Position numbers and translations under genes: made by a program
Shown here: piece after piece, positions 1 through 16,339 of the stretch
Numbering within the stretch: the first letter of the stretch is position 1
Layout: every line of letters starts with the position of its first letter
Origin: the human T2T-CHM13v2.0 reference genome, Homo sapiens
DNA: 64,000 nt
NCBI RefSeq assembly: GCF_009914755.1
Contig: NC_060932.1
Reading direction: 5' to 3' (one strand)
The notes under the pieces: model-generated
Database searches by the model: none
What the model was told of the DNA's origin: nothing
What the model saw: the letters and a program-made list of their open reading frames with translations, nothing else

Positions 1-1192
1 AGAAGGCCAACGGTGGACCTAAATTTCACATTTCTCAAACACTTATTCTGCGAGCTTGTAAAAAGCAGTCTCTTCAACACCTGGGTCTTCTGAGCTCAGC
101 AAAAAGTGCCAGGTTCGAGGATACCCAGAATTCTCCCTCATCTTTCACTTTGAACTGAGCTGGCCTGCTGCAAATATTGTTTCAATATCACATCATGACA
201 CTTTATTCTAGTACTTAGCTTGATGCCTTCTGCAGAGCAAGCACTCAGTAAATATTTGTTGATTACACCAACAGAATTATTTTATTTTTAAAAAACACTG
301 ACACAATCTGCAATATGAATCTTCTTTCTCACGGGAGCTATGTTTAGTTATTTTTAGGATATCCCTGCAGAAATGCACAAAAAGAGGGAGAAAAGAAGAA
401 AAAGAGGAAAAGGAAGAAGAGTAGAAGAGAGAGAGAGGATAAGAGAGCTAATTTTTAGGCACCTGAAGAAGAAGAAGAAAAAAAGACTATTGAAGACAAG
501 GTGTTAGAAATGAGGCACGATGGCTCTGAGATCAAAAATGGCACCATATTGCAAGAGGGAGAGAGAGACCCAAATTAACATCCTTTCCTTGCAAATGGTT
601 CTGTCCTATAGCAGAGTATACTAAAGAATACTGCTTAGAAGTCCTAACAGAGCTAGATCTTGCCATCATTAGAGATTGCCTCAACAATTTTCAAGCCCTG
701 AGATTTACCCTTTACAATTTTCTATTTTAGGACCTAAGGGGCAGGTAGGAGAACTTTCACTTTTTACTTTATCCCTTTTCTTATTCCTTTATTTATTTAT
801 TACAATGGGTAGGTACCAATTTAGTATTTAAAAACTAATTATCTCCCTTCAGAACTAGAAGAGATCTTGAAAATAATTAATTTCAGTGGTCTTCTTTGTT
901 GGAGAGAAAACCATGGGCTTACAAGAGATCAAGCTGAGTCTGGGATGCAGGCTTCCTAACTTGGGGGCCAGTGTTCATTCAGCTTCCTGGATCACATCAA
1001 CAGTCTCAGAGCACTGGGTGGCAGAGGCCAAGGAGGAGCGACAAAGTGTGATGAGTTTATTCTGGCTAGAGTGGATCCTGATCCCCTAATAGTGAATCAT
1101 CTACAATTTTACAACATGACCACCAGAAAGCATATACATATAATGTCCCAAAGTCAAGAGCAATCTGAAGAAAAATTTCTTCCCACAATTTA

Positions 1193-1625
<433 letters not shown>

Positions 1626-2149
1626 GGTGTCAGACAGTCCAAGAGAACACAATGCATGCCAGGGTTCTGGTTCCCCTAGCTTCCCTGTCCCCTTTGCTAG
1701 AAATTAACATCAAACCACAGAAAATGCCTCAGTAACTACTTCTTCAGCTCATCTCCAGTCTAGGGGCCCCAGTATATAGTGGCAGTTCAGGGTATCTCCT
1801 TCTGTTTTTCAGACACTTCAACTGTTCCAAAGACCTGGGCAAAATCTCCCTTTTTTAAACCATGTGGAGAATCTTCTTTCCTATTGTCATTAGTTAAGTA
1901 TAAAATCAAAAGCAGAGACTCTCTTTAACCAGTACAGCCTCTTTTCCAGAGAATGCCAAGGAGACGCTAACCCAGTTTGGTCCTGAGCTGGTTTCCATCT
2001 CCATGATTCATGCCATAAATGTCATCCTCAGCAAAGAGAGGATCTGGTGGCCTGCTACTCTCAGCTTCTTACTCTGGGAGGGAAGTAGGAAGTGGTAAGG
2101 ATAATTCCTTGGATTTACTTCATCAATGACTCTATAATAAGTAATAAGG

Positions 2150-2290
2150 GTAGAACACATTACAATTCACAAAATAATTCCACAAACATTATCTCACTTG
2201 CTTTTAATAACAACATTGGAAGAATGAACAACTCATTCCAGTGAGGAATTTAAGACTCAGAGGTTAAATAAAGCTGAATATGGGAAAGAT
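2150..2290 (-). mobile_element. MIR SINE fragment
   Basis: Degenerate MIR core (ATTATCTCACTT...TGAGGAATTTAAGACTCAGAGGTTAAATAA); boundaries approximate. Confidence 0.55.
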
Positions 2291-2532
2291 TAGGCAATTT
2301 GCCCACCTCAGGACTTGAACTTTGGTGGGCAGGCTTTAGCTCTAAAGTTCTTCTATACCAAAGCTGTGTCAACATTAAAGCTGGGACTGGACTTCCAATC
2401 TGAGGACCCAGAAGAGTCAGCATATCCTACTTAACTTCTAAGGGTAGGGTGGCGGGGTATGATTTCTTTATTTTGAACTATAATTTATATGGTGTCTCCT
2501 AGAAGTTTATGGCCCATACAGGTATCTTCCAC

Positions 2533-3603
2533 TGTTGCGGGAAGTCAAGGACCCCGAACAGAGGGACCGGCTGGAGCCTCGGCAGAGGAACATAAATTGT
2601 GAAGATTTCATTTTAATATGGACATTTATCAGTTCCCAAATAATACTTTTATAATTTCTTACACTTGTCTTACTTTAATCTCTTAATCCTGTTATCTTCG
2701 TAAGCTGAGGATGTACGTCAGGACCACTGTGATAATTGTGTTAACGGTATAAATTGATTGTAAAACGTGTGTTTGAACAATATGAAATTAGTACACCTTG
2801 AAAAAGAACAGAATAACAGTGATTTTTAGGGAACAAGGGAAGACAACCATAAGGTCTGACTGCCTGCGGGGTTGGGCAAAAAGAGCCATATTTTTCTCTT
2901 TGCAGAGAGCCTATAAATGGACGTGCGAGTAGGAAAGATATCACTGAATTCTCTTCCTAGCAAGGAATATTAATATTAATGCCCTGGGAAAGGAATGCAT
3001 TCCTAGGGGGAGGTCTATAAACGGCCGCTCTGGGAATGTCTATCTTATGCGGTTGAGATAAGAACTGAGATATGCCCTGGTCTCTGGCAGTACCCTCAGA
3101 CTTACTAGGGTGGGGAAAAACTCTGCCCTGATAAATTTGTGGTCAGACCGGTTCTCTACTCTCGAACCCTGTTTTCTGTTGTTTAAGATGTTTATCAAGA
3201 CAATACGTGCACCGCTGAACATAGACCCTTATCAGTAGTTCTGCTTTTGCCCTTTGCCTTGTGCTCAGTAGTTCTGCTTTTGCCCTTTGTCCTGTTCCCT
3301 CAGAAGCATGTGATCTTTATTAGATCCTTATTAGTAGTTCTGCTTTTTGCCCTTTGAAGCATGTGATCTTTGTACCTACTCCCTGTTCTTACACCCTCTC
3401 CCCTTTTGAAACCCTTAATGAAAAACTTGCTGGTTTGAGGCTCAGGTGGGCATCACGGTCCTACCAATATGTGATGTCACCCCCAGCAGCCCAGCTGTAA
3501 AATTCCTCTCTTTGTACTCTTTCTCTTTATTTCTCAGCCGGCCAACACTTTTGGAAGATAGAAAGAATCTACATTGAAATATTGGGGGCGGGTTCCCCTG
3601 ATA
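2533..3603 (+). mobile_element. MER11 (MER11C-like) solo LTR of HERV-K11/HML-8
   Basis: Starts TGTTGCGGGAAGTCAAGGACCCCGAAC and ends GGTTCCCCTGATA, 1071 bp; perfect 6-bp TSD TTCCAC at 2527-2532 and 3604-3609; internal AGTAGTTCTGCTTTTGCCCTTTG repeats. Confidence 0.92.
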
Positions 3604-3749
3604 TTCCACTAAGAAACTATTTCAATATGGTTTTATTATGCTGACTAATTATTACAAGTTGATCAGTCTTCTTCTGCTGATATTGTTTGAGTGGAATAAT
3701 TCTGCATAGAATGTTCAAATTTTTGTTTTTTGCTTAATAGATATAACCA

Positions 3750-3767
3750 TATATATATATATATATA
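3750..3767. repeat. (TA)n microsatellite
   Basis: ATATATAT run read directly. Confidence 0.85.
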
Positions 3768-3799
3768 CCTGAATAGGCATTCATTTAGATCTCCCTCAT

Positions 3800-3910
3800 T
3801 CTTCTAAAATCCTGCCTAATATTCTACCAAATGGATGTACCACAATGCTTTTAATCAATCTCCTACTGATAGAAATTTAAGTTATTTCAAATTTTTCATT
3901 CTTATAAAAA
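3800..3910 (-). mobile_element. Old L1 (L1M/L1ME) fragment
   Basis: ATGGATGTACCACAAT...AATCAATCTCCTACTGATAGAAATTTAAGTTATTTC resembles antisense L1M 3' sequence. Confidence 0.5.
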
Positions 3911-3968
3911 AATCAAAATATTTATTTCAACAACCAAATAACAAACAATATATCAAATCACTATTTGA

Positions 3969-4304
3969 GGTCAGGCACGGTGGCTTATGCCTGTAATCCC
4001 AGCACTTTGGGAGACCAAGGCAGACAGATCACCTGAGGTGAGGAGTTCGAGACCAGCCTAACCAACATGGCAAAACCCTGTCTCTGCTAAAAATACAGAA
4101 AGTTAGCCGGGCATGGTGGCGCATGCCTGTGGTCCCAGCTACTCAGGAGGCTGAGGCACGAGACTCTCTTAAACCCAAGAGGCGGAGGTTACAGTGAGCC
4201 AAGATCATGCCACTGCATTCCAGCGTGGGTGACAGAGCGAGACTCTGTCTCAAACAAAACAAAACAAAACAAAACAAAACAAAACAAAACAAAACAAAAC
4301 AAAA
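3969..4304 (+). mobile_element. Alu (AluS-type) with (CAAAA)10 tail
   Basis: Full Alu dimer; CAAAA repeat at 4255-4304; degenerate TSD AAATCACTATTTG / AAGTCACTCTTTG. Confidence 0.95.
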
Positions 4305-5035
4305 GTCACTCTTTGTGATAAAGTCTGAAATATTCTGTTTTGGCTGAATGTAAAAACTTAAAACTATAAAGCAGAGGTGCTGTGGGCTCTGTCAAAGTCA
4401 GTTTTATCACAGGAAACCGTTGTCTTTTGTGGATTTCTTTGATAGAAACTGCTTTTTTTGGCATTTCACTTCTTTTATAGAAAAAATGCTATTCTGTTGG
4501 GACTGAATGATACTATATCTTGACACAGAAAAGTTATTTATACATAAATTACAGTAACTTTACCCATGTTAATGAAGCTGTCATCCTCTTGTGTGATTTA
4601 CTGCAATCTTGTAATAGAAAAGTTTCATTTCCTTGACACCTGGGTGGTAATGGGACCGATAATTCCATGCTGCAAATGTTTCCTCCTCTCTTCTACCAGA
4701 GGTGTGTTAAAATCTAGAGTGCATTTTTAGGTCAGAGTAATTCTGATACCAGTCTCCAGGGCCCAGAGCACCAGCGCAGACACACACAGGTGTGCGCACC
4801 CACACAGTCACATCCATTATCCAGAAAACCCAGCAAGACCTCCTCTTTCTTCAAGAGATTTATAGTTCTCAGGATATAGGCCTGTACTTGTTCTGCAACT
4901 GAGTTTGAGAATAGCAACATATACGTAATGAGAAAGAATAATAGAAGGCATTAAAAAATGACTGGGAATTAAAGTTGGAAAAGGCAGTTTAACAAAGAGT
5001 TCAGATTTCAGTTTAAAGTTTAACAATACTGTTTA

Positions 5036-5339
<304 letters not shown>

Positions 5340-5597
5340 TAAAGTTTAACAATACCGTTTAAGAAAAAGCTACTTCAGAAGGTAATAGATAAGAAGAAAC
5401 ATATAGGTAATTGAAGACAGCCTATCACAATCAATTTTTCTCTCTAGATCTTACCAAAATTGTAATATCAGTAATAATACTGATAGAAAGAAAATTAAAG
5501 GAGATGAGAAAAAGGATTTTCATAAGCTACCACAATGTAAAGATCTTTTCATAAATAGCTTCTTACAACTACAGACTTTTTAAAAAACCTTCATCCT

Positions 5598-5995
<398 letters not shown>

Positions 5996-6817
5996 CTAAG
6001 CGAATGGTTTCACCTCAAAGATGCAAAGTTCTGGCTGGACCTAGTATGATCAGCACACTCACACTTTCTGATGTGCGTATGGTACCACTGCCTTTTCTGT
6101 CTGTCAGTAGAATGGTCTCCACTGTAGAGAAGACAGAACAGCAGATGAAGGTGTGCCTGGACAAGCAACCACAGGTTCCATCCCAGAGGTAGCTGGTGGG
6201 TGGCGCTGTTAGTCCACAGGACCTATATTCCTTTTCTGCTTGTCACTCATTCAGGCACTGCTGACCACCACTCACTAACCTGGCATTCACTGAATGCCTA
6301 ACATGTGCCTTGGGTGGTATGTGTTACGTTCCAGAAATACACAGACAACCAAAACTTGGTCAGCACACTGTTAGGCACCTGACAGCAAGGATCCTGACAT
6401 AATGAACACTAATGTGGGGAGTCCTGTGCCTTTTCCAGGGATAAGCCTCCATTTAGCACAGCTATCTGCCAAATGACTTCCTTGCTGAGCTTCAAAGCCT
6501 CCCGTAATGCAGCTTTAAACAGCACGAGATGCTGTAACAAAAGAGACGTCACTACACTGAATGTGAAGTTGGTATTTCCTATTTCCCAGCAATGTTACTT
6601 CATAGGATTTCTATTACATTCAACTTTCTAGAATTTCACTGCATGTTCTTTCACTCAACAATAGTGAGCTTCTGCGCTGCACCCAACACAGTGCCAGGTC
6701 CTGTGAGTATCATTAGGAATATTATAGATTCTGCCCCAAAGGAGCTCCACAGATCACCTTTAGTTGGAAATAAGGCTCAATGTAGACAGTAACAACCATG
6801 CTGCACAGATATCATGA

Positions 6818-7282
6818 ATGTGCTAGTCTCCCAAGATGGCCTCATCAATTCCTCCCTTCCCTGATTGCATTTGCTGCTTCTTCCTTCCAGAAGTAAGTCT
6901 ATTTCCCCTCCTCTTGAATCTAGGCTGGCTTTGTGTTTTGCTCTGACCAGCAGAATGCTGCAGAGGTGACACTGTGTCTGTTTTAAGTGTGGCCCATAAG
7001 TGGCCTGAAACTTCTGCTTTTGCTCTTTAGGAATCTGCCTCTTGGGACCCAGCTGCCACACTGTAAGGAAGTCCAGAGCGGGCGTGAGAGGCTGCGTGGA
7101 GGCGAACTGAGCGTCCCACTGAGCTACCAGCCGAATGCAGCCACAGGAGTGACCCCAGCAGATGCCACATGGAATGGAAAAACAACCAACCCAGTCAAGG
7201 CACTGGATCTCGAGGAACTATAAAAGTTGTTTTAAGGCACTATTTTGCAGATGTCTTATTACATATGAGAATATCCACTGAC
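6818..7282 (+). mobile_element. MLT1 (MaLR, MLT1F/G/H-like) LTR
   Basis: CCCTCCTCTTGAATCTAGGCTGGCTTTGTG..GCTCTGACCAGCAGAATG, CCCAGCTGCCACACTGTAAGGAAGTCCA and TTGTTTTAAGGCACTATTTTG are typical MLT1 motifs; ends approximate. Confidence 0.7.
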
Positions 7283-7376
7283 ATGATGTGTTAGTCACAC
7301 TGTTGGAGGAGAATATGAGAAATATCCATGGATCAGTTCCCCTAAGTGAACCCTCTAATATTCCTGAGGCAAAAAA

Positions 7377-7460
7377 AAAAATCTACTGTTAGCAGAATTC
7401 AATACAGCTTACCTCTCCAAAAATCTACTGTTAGCAGAATTCAATACAGCTTACCTCTCC
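7377..7460. repeat. Perfect 42-bp tandem duplication
   Basis: AAAAATCTACTGTTAGCAGAATTCAATACAGCTTACCTCTCC twice (7377-7418, 7419-7460). Confidence 0.97.
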
Positions 7461-7600
7461 TGTGGAGACCTTTGTTTTAGCCTCACACATCCTTGGAGAA
7501 AAAAAGAATTCAACTTTACAGAAAAATAGCAAAATAGGAGAACTCTTGTTAACTTTCATGCTCATTAAAGTGAAAATTAATTAAGAAGACATCTGAGGTG

Positions 7601-8211
<611 letters not shown>

Positions 8212-8465
8212 AAGAGCTAACCATTAAATAAATATTCCTGGTTTAAATTCCAAATTATATGAAATGAATCAACTATATTTTATTTAGAAGGTCAGATAAT
8301 ACATTACAAACAGTGAATGTAGATTTTATGTATTTACTATGTGTTAAGAAGAATTTTAAATCCTGATTTCTTTTTCTCGGGTTTAACTGGAAGCAAGAGC
8401 ACGCCACATCATGTTGATAGTTGATATGGTGGAGCTGATGAGAAGGAACAGGGGTTTGAGGTTAA

Positions 8466-8809
<344 letters not shown>

Positions 8810-9153
8810 CAATTTTTAAATTTTTTAACAGTATCTGTAGTGTGACTTCAACAGTAAAATCACTTACCAATAAGTAAAACATTCCTAAATCCCTCCTGTG
8901 TTCTTTCCCTGCATTATCTCCTAAGCACGGGCAACATTTTCATTTAACAAAGCAAACACCACAGAAAATAATCATCATGCAAACTCTCCTGGGAAGGAAG
9001 AGGGACTGCTGCTTTCTTACTAGTTATTGCAATCAGTGTTTACAGCATGCCTTTATACGACCAATACGCCTTACAGTCGCTCATTAGTTACTCTTTCCAA
9101 ATTCCTGGAGAAGTGGGTCAGCATTATCATCTTCGGGATTACTTTAGGGAGGA

Positions 9154-9250
9154 GGAAGCTGACCATCCCTGTGAAGATAACTTAGCCACAATTGTGCTGG
9201 GTGGAAGTTGACCACCCCTGTGAAGATAACTTAGCCACAATCGTGCTGGG
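9154..9250. repeat. 49-bp tandem duplication (3 mismatches)
   Basis: GGAAG[C/T]TGACCA[T/C]CCCTGTGAAGATAACTTAGCCACAAT[T/C]GTGCTGGG twice. Confidence 0.95.
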
Positions 9251-11461
9251 ATAACAGGAGTGGCTGCTTCAGAACAGAGCCTTGGGTGCCACCAGTTTGC
9301 TCCTCCAACACATCATCAAGCAGGACTCCACCACCAGCATGGATTTACAAGACTCCCCTCGTCCCTCCCTAAACATACAGGATGTACATTTGGAACAAGT
9401 TTGTATCTTCAAATTTGTAAAATACACCATCACAGGTCATCCTTTAATGTTTTGCATCGAAAAGGTGGTTTTTATATTCCTTTCTCTGTTTCAAAAATGC
9501 ATTACAGCTTACAAAGTAACATCCTGGTGAGGCTGCATTTCCTGAGAGTAATGACTAATAAAGGCTTTGGGCAAAGCCTCGCCTGCAACTCCTCTAGCCA
9601 GCATTATTAACAACAAGGGCACAGCTTTTCAAGAGGCCCCGCTACTTCCATCATAAATGCTAACAGGTGCTCCTTTTATCTGGGGATCCTCAAGCACCTT
9701 ACAGATACTACTCATTAAGTCTCATGAGGCCTCTAGGAGACAGACCCAGTGAGACACATAAAAGGGAATCCTGTCACTCATCAAAGACAGAAAACAGCAA
9801 CCAGCTCATATACTTGATAGAGCAACAACAATTTTACTGAAGGAAACATTAGAAACATTGCCTAGAAATCTCTAACCTAGATGCTTTCTTCTGAGTCTCA
9901 TTCACTCATTGGCAAAATGAGAATAATAACACTAGTTCAGACAACTTCATGAGGTTAGAGAGTGCAGATCAAATGAAGGGGGCAGAGGGAAAGGGGCTGA
10001 GTAAACTCTGATGTCCATACAGATAAAAGGCATTATTTCCATGATCTAAATCAAACTGAGATTTGAGGCAGAAAATGCCATCTCTAAATCTTGTGCCTAA
10101 TACAGGGAGTCTTTTTTCCAAACAGCTTGGGCATTATTTATACAAATGCAAATTCTATTTCTATGTCTATGATCACATTCCTATAGGGTATAGGAGAAGA
10201 TGAAGGAAGAGAAAAGCAAAATGAGAGTCAAAGCACATAGACACAATTATCCTTGATTGTAATGTTTGCATATATTCAACATTCAAAACATTTTTTCATC
10301 TGCCTGGAAAACATTCATGATAGAAGAAATAGAACTGTACAGACTCTGCAATGGATTATGTCGCTTTATTCAGATTTGTTTTCTTTTTTTTTTTTAACTC
10401 CAGTTACAAAAATTACAGCTTTAAAAGTTTCACTGAAATTCCCATAAAACTGCAGGAATTCAACTGCCAACTGGATTTGCTGCTGCAGGAGATAATCCAC
10501 TTTGGTTCAGAGGTGGCCCCTTTTGCTTGAAAGGAAACCAGGACCTTCCTGAAACTGTCATGGGCTATCTAAACCACACCAGCCCTTAGAACTCACACTC
10601 CCAATTTCTAAATTCCCAAGTGTCTCCCTTCAAAAACGAGAAAGGGGTTACCTCCATGTATTTAAAGAGGTCGATTAATTTTATCTCCCGAGGTCTAAGT
10701 AAACAAACAAACAAACAAACAAAAACCCTGGCAATTTGCTTTAAAACATACAGAGTACTTTCCCAAGGAGTTGACAATGTGGTGAGAAACAATCAGAAGC
10801 CAGAACTCAAAAGAACAGAGGGGCAAGTTGTTGCGTTACTAGAGTAGGTTGGTAGCCAAGTTTTCGTTTCATTTAGAAACTTTATAAAGAAGTTTCCGTG
10901 AACATGAAAGTTATGACAGTCATCTGTCACAGTCAGTAACCGATCCACCTTTCTTAGGATTGAGGAATTCTCCATTGTGAGTGTCTGAGAGAGGCATGGT
11001 TTGTCTCTCATTATAGAAGGAGAACAAGAGAGAAGCTGGCTTCTCTCTTCCCTTGCCTTGTTAGGGATATAAATGGAAACTAAATTAGCCAATCAGATGC
11101 AGCATTTCAATGTCCAGCCAAAGCACTGCCCAACATCCAGTGTATCTCGGCTGTCTGGACAGGGCTCAGGCAGCAGCTCCAGCCCAGTCCTAACCATTAT
11201 GTCTATACTGCGTACCGTCCAATATTCCTTAATAACTTCTTTTTCTGGTTGAGTTAACCAGTTTCCATTGCTTTCTGCAAAGAGCCCACACTGGACTAAT
11301 CATGGGCTAAAGAGGCAACCCTTTCTAATGCTAGTACTGCCTGGATCCTGAGCAATTGTCCATGGGCAGTTCATTTTATAGATATAAGAAGCAGGAGGAT
11401 GCAAGAGGAAAGTGATTTAGCAAAAGTCATTTAACAAGTCATTTAGCCCAAAATTTAAAAC

Positions 11462-12234
<773 letters not shown>

Positions 12235-12479
12235 TCAGCACTTGCTGCATGGAGCACCACATTGAGAACAATTCCAAAGCTGCATCTTGGCTCAGTGGGA
12301 ATGAGTTCACCAATCAATTAGTGTTATGGGTCTAGTAAGAGTGAGAAGGAAAACACAGAGACATGTATTCACCATCGTTGATATACTGAGAATAACTCCC
12401 AGACTAAGAGTTAAAATAGGTGTGTTCTGGCCTTAGCTCTGTCTGGCTAGTAGACTCTTGGATTAGAGGAATTCGTATC

Positions 12480-12580
12480 ACGTGGGAGCATGCTAGAACT
12501 GGAGAATTTCCTTAGATATACTGAATCACAATCTGCATTTTAAGAAAATAACTGGGTGATTCATATGGCCAACTCTAAAA
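12480..12580. mobile_element. MER5-like hAT-Charlie fragment
   Basis: ACTGAATCACAATCTGCATTTTAAGAAAATAACTGGGTGATTCATATG resembles MER5. Confidence 0.5.
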
Positions 12581-14006
12581 CTGCCTGATTTGGGAAAATT
12601 CCCTTCTCTGTCCCCACTGTACTAGGGAAATATTTACTGACTGCCCACCATATGTATGGTGCTGGGCCAGGACTATTAGAATATACAAGGAATTGATCAA
12701 TCTGGTCTAGAGTTCACATACAATTAAGAGATTTACTTTATATGTCATCAGCTACCCTCCAGAGTAGTACTCAAGGGGTTTTATTTTTGGCTGCTATAAA
12801 AGCCAACGGGAACAATGCTAAATGAATGGGAATCCCTTTGGATTGCACTGCTAACAAAACCTAAAAGAAAATGATCTGTTTACACCTTTATGCTACATCT
12901 TTCCAAACCTTCTGAGTACAAAAGCAATCAGCAGTTGCCTGTAATTACTGTGTCATGTGGATACTACTGACCTCACATTGTCCTCCTTGGTTACATCATC
13001 GTGCGACTTCAGAGAAAAATAATTATCACTACAGGCCAAAACAGGTAAATAGGAAATTCAGAGGAACAGTGCTTTCTACACTACAGCAGACCTGGAGGGC
13101 AGAAAAGCAAGAGGAAGGAGACATCTGGTCCAGTATAGTTTGGAAAGGCATAAAACCTAACCAAGTTTTATAAAGATTAGGCAAACGAGCATCACTTTAT
13201 TCCCCATATTGGAGTCTGCCAGTTCAAAAGGAATCTTATATTCTAGATGAGTTATTAGTAGTGTATATAGGCAAATGCCTCTTGAAATGTATACATGAAT
13301 GATACAATTTTGATATGTAATGGGCTCCCTGTAGAATGCCCCAAACCCTGCAACCTATTTCTCTAACAACCTAAAATTCACAGGTATGTGTTCTGTTAAG
13401 TTTGGTTCTAAAATGACTTTTATTATAAATTTAGTGACATGTTTCCATGGAGAAAAAAAATTCCAAAACATAGAACTGTAATTTTTTAGGTAAAAAGAAA
13501 CCACGATAATGCTATCCCAATCCCAATCCCGCAGATTCTAAAGTGGGTATCTTTAGGCTGGAAATGGGAATGCATTTGAAGTGCTTTCATAAATATGGTG
13601 TCACTGTCCCTCACCTGGATTATATTCTATGGCTTTCCTCATATGACAGGAAAAGGCTCTAAGATCTGTGACAACAGGAGCTGTGTCTCTCTTATTCATC
13701 TCTCTTTTCACAGCATTTAGTATGGTCTCTGGCACACACATAATTGTTGAAGAATGAGTGAATCAATGCAACCACCTCAAAAAAAAAAAAACAAACCTTT
13801 ACGGTTATTACAGGAGGAAATTTGGCAGCATATTTCAAAGATAAAGCAGAAGTACATGGAGAAAAGTATCTTGCTCTCAAAAAGCCTACAGAGAAAGAGT
13901 GCTATCACCTCACAGCACTTCTAAGCCTTTTGCAGTTATGGAAGCCATATGACCCCAGGTTTATGAGAACAGATCTGAAGTAGTTTTGACATAAAAACAA
14001 GAAATT

Positions 14007-14353
<347 letters not shown>

Positions 14354-16164
14354 TCATCCCTCATATCCTGCAATAGCCGTTTCGCATGTTATCTCTTTTG
14401 GCTTCTCAATTTTAAAGTTAAGGAAACCAAGACCCAAAGGGTTAAGCAATTTGCCTCTAGTCTAAAATCAAGTCCATAGAAGAGACCGCACTTGGCCTAA
14501 GATCTGCTAGCCGCTAGCATGGTGATGTGTATGCCCTGAGAAGAACTGTGATCTTCATAAAGAACATAAAGTCTATAATCAAAGTAAAATCCCAATGCAA
14601 GTGTCATGGGGAACTTTGATATTATTCTCTAGATCATTTGAGTCATAAACTTCTTTGCTTCTCTATCCTTCCTCTCCTCTTGTATTCAAAATATTTTAGA
14701 CAGATGTATTGGCCCTGAAATGGATCTAAGCTGACCATTGCTTTACAGCCTATAATCCTAGGGATTAAAACTCGAGTGAGTTCCTTTTAAGACAGACCAG
14801 GTAAAACCCCAGAGAGGGCCTCTTCCATGTCCATCTAACTGATTGCTCTTCAGATAAATTTCTCCCACTTTTTAAAAAAGCCATTTTTTCTTTCAGGCTG
14901 AATCACTAATGCAGGGAGTCATGGCTAGAAGTGGGATGCAGCGGAGGTGCCCAAGAACTGAATCCACAAAAAGTCATTAATTGCCAAAATGACTGAGCAA
15001 ATTCAAATGACCCAAATGCATTCGCTCGTAAGGGCAATTTGCTTCTAGGAAACTGGAAGGAGAGAGGGGTCACTGAAGCCGAAGCCACATAGCGGATGAC
15101 AAACAGGATAAGGAAAAGCAAGAAGGCAGACAGTTCAACTCTGTCAGCATCAAAGATTCAGACCCAACAAAAGCGCTTATATAAAAGGCTTTGCCTATAA
15201 ACATGTTTATTTACCTTCTATTTGGATGGATTTCTAAATTTTCCTGGAGAGTCCAGGTTATTGAAAATAACTACACTGCCAGTGTCTCTTGGTTTAAAGG
15301 TCTGCTAAAAATTCTACAAAAAAACTAGCAACAAAAGCCTTGAATGTCTCAACATATTTCATCCGTCTCATCTCAGAGGTTTCACCAACACCCAAATGTC
15401 CAGCTGTTTACATGTGCAATTTATGACTCCTTCAGTGTGTCGTCCTCTTTTGGGTTCTCTGCTGTGTGGGATAGGCACAGTAATAACTGTCCCCTACATA
15501 AGAAAACCATTTATTTAAAATATCACACAGGATAAAGGCAGAGTTACAAACACTGCAAGTCTGTCAATTCCACTCACTGATTTTTCTTGGCTCTCCCCAG
15601 CCGGCTATCATCTTTCATGAAGTGCCAACTAGCAACAAAAATACTGACTTGTGTTACATCAAAAAGGTTTTTTGGAAAAAAAAAGAAAAAAGGCAAAAAC
15701 TCACTGTCTTAGTCTTTTTACACTGCATAGGCCTAGTTTTATTTCAGAGCATTTCATCCAATGGTCCATCTCTGTTCCCACAAACACCTTATTAAGTACT
15801 ATTTTGGCTTCTTTAAGCTAGATTTTTAAAACTCATGTCCCTAGAAGAAGTGGTCCCTCTGGGGGAAAAAAAAAAAATCACAATTTCTCCTTGTGATAAA
15901 TGACTATTACATTCACTGCATTTAACAAACACATCATGTCAGTAGTCTAGCTGAGGGGAAAATCACAAATTAGGTAAGCTGTAGTCCTTATCTGAAGGGA
16001 TTCAGACTCTCAAAAGAGAAGATGGGCACAGGGGTACTGTCACTTAAATAATAATCTTAGTCATAACAGCAAAAATAATAACACATTGTGAGACAGTAAC
16101 ATACCACTCAATCTGCTTACAAAATAGAAAGATACTTCTGCCTTTAATCAGATCCATTTACAGG

Positions 16165-16339
16165 TAGGGCTGACTTTGTTTGCCTGTGACCCATACGGTG
16201 ACACTAGAGCCCTGTCTTCTCAGAAGGGTGCCATGCTTCGTTTAATGCTCTGCTGTGTCTTGAAATCCTGAACAATTTTTGAACAAAAGGTCCACATTTT
16301 AATTTTGTGCTAGATCCTGTAAATTGGTAGTTGGTCCTG
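16165..16339 (+). mobile_element. MER45A (hAT-Tip100) DNA transposon fossil
   Basis: AGGGCTGACTT...CTCAGAAGGG...GTTTAATGCTCTGCTGT..TCTTGAAAT..TTTTTGAACAA...GGTCCTG; degenerate 8-bp TSD TTTACAGG/CTTGCAGG. Confidence 0.8.

Noticed and set aside
3233-3370. Spaced direct repeats AGTAGTTCTGCTTTTGCCCTTTG (superficially CRISPR-like)
   Set aside because: These are internal repeats of the MER11 LTR in a eukaryotic context, with irregular spacing and no cas genes.
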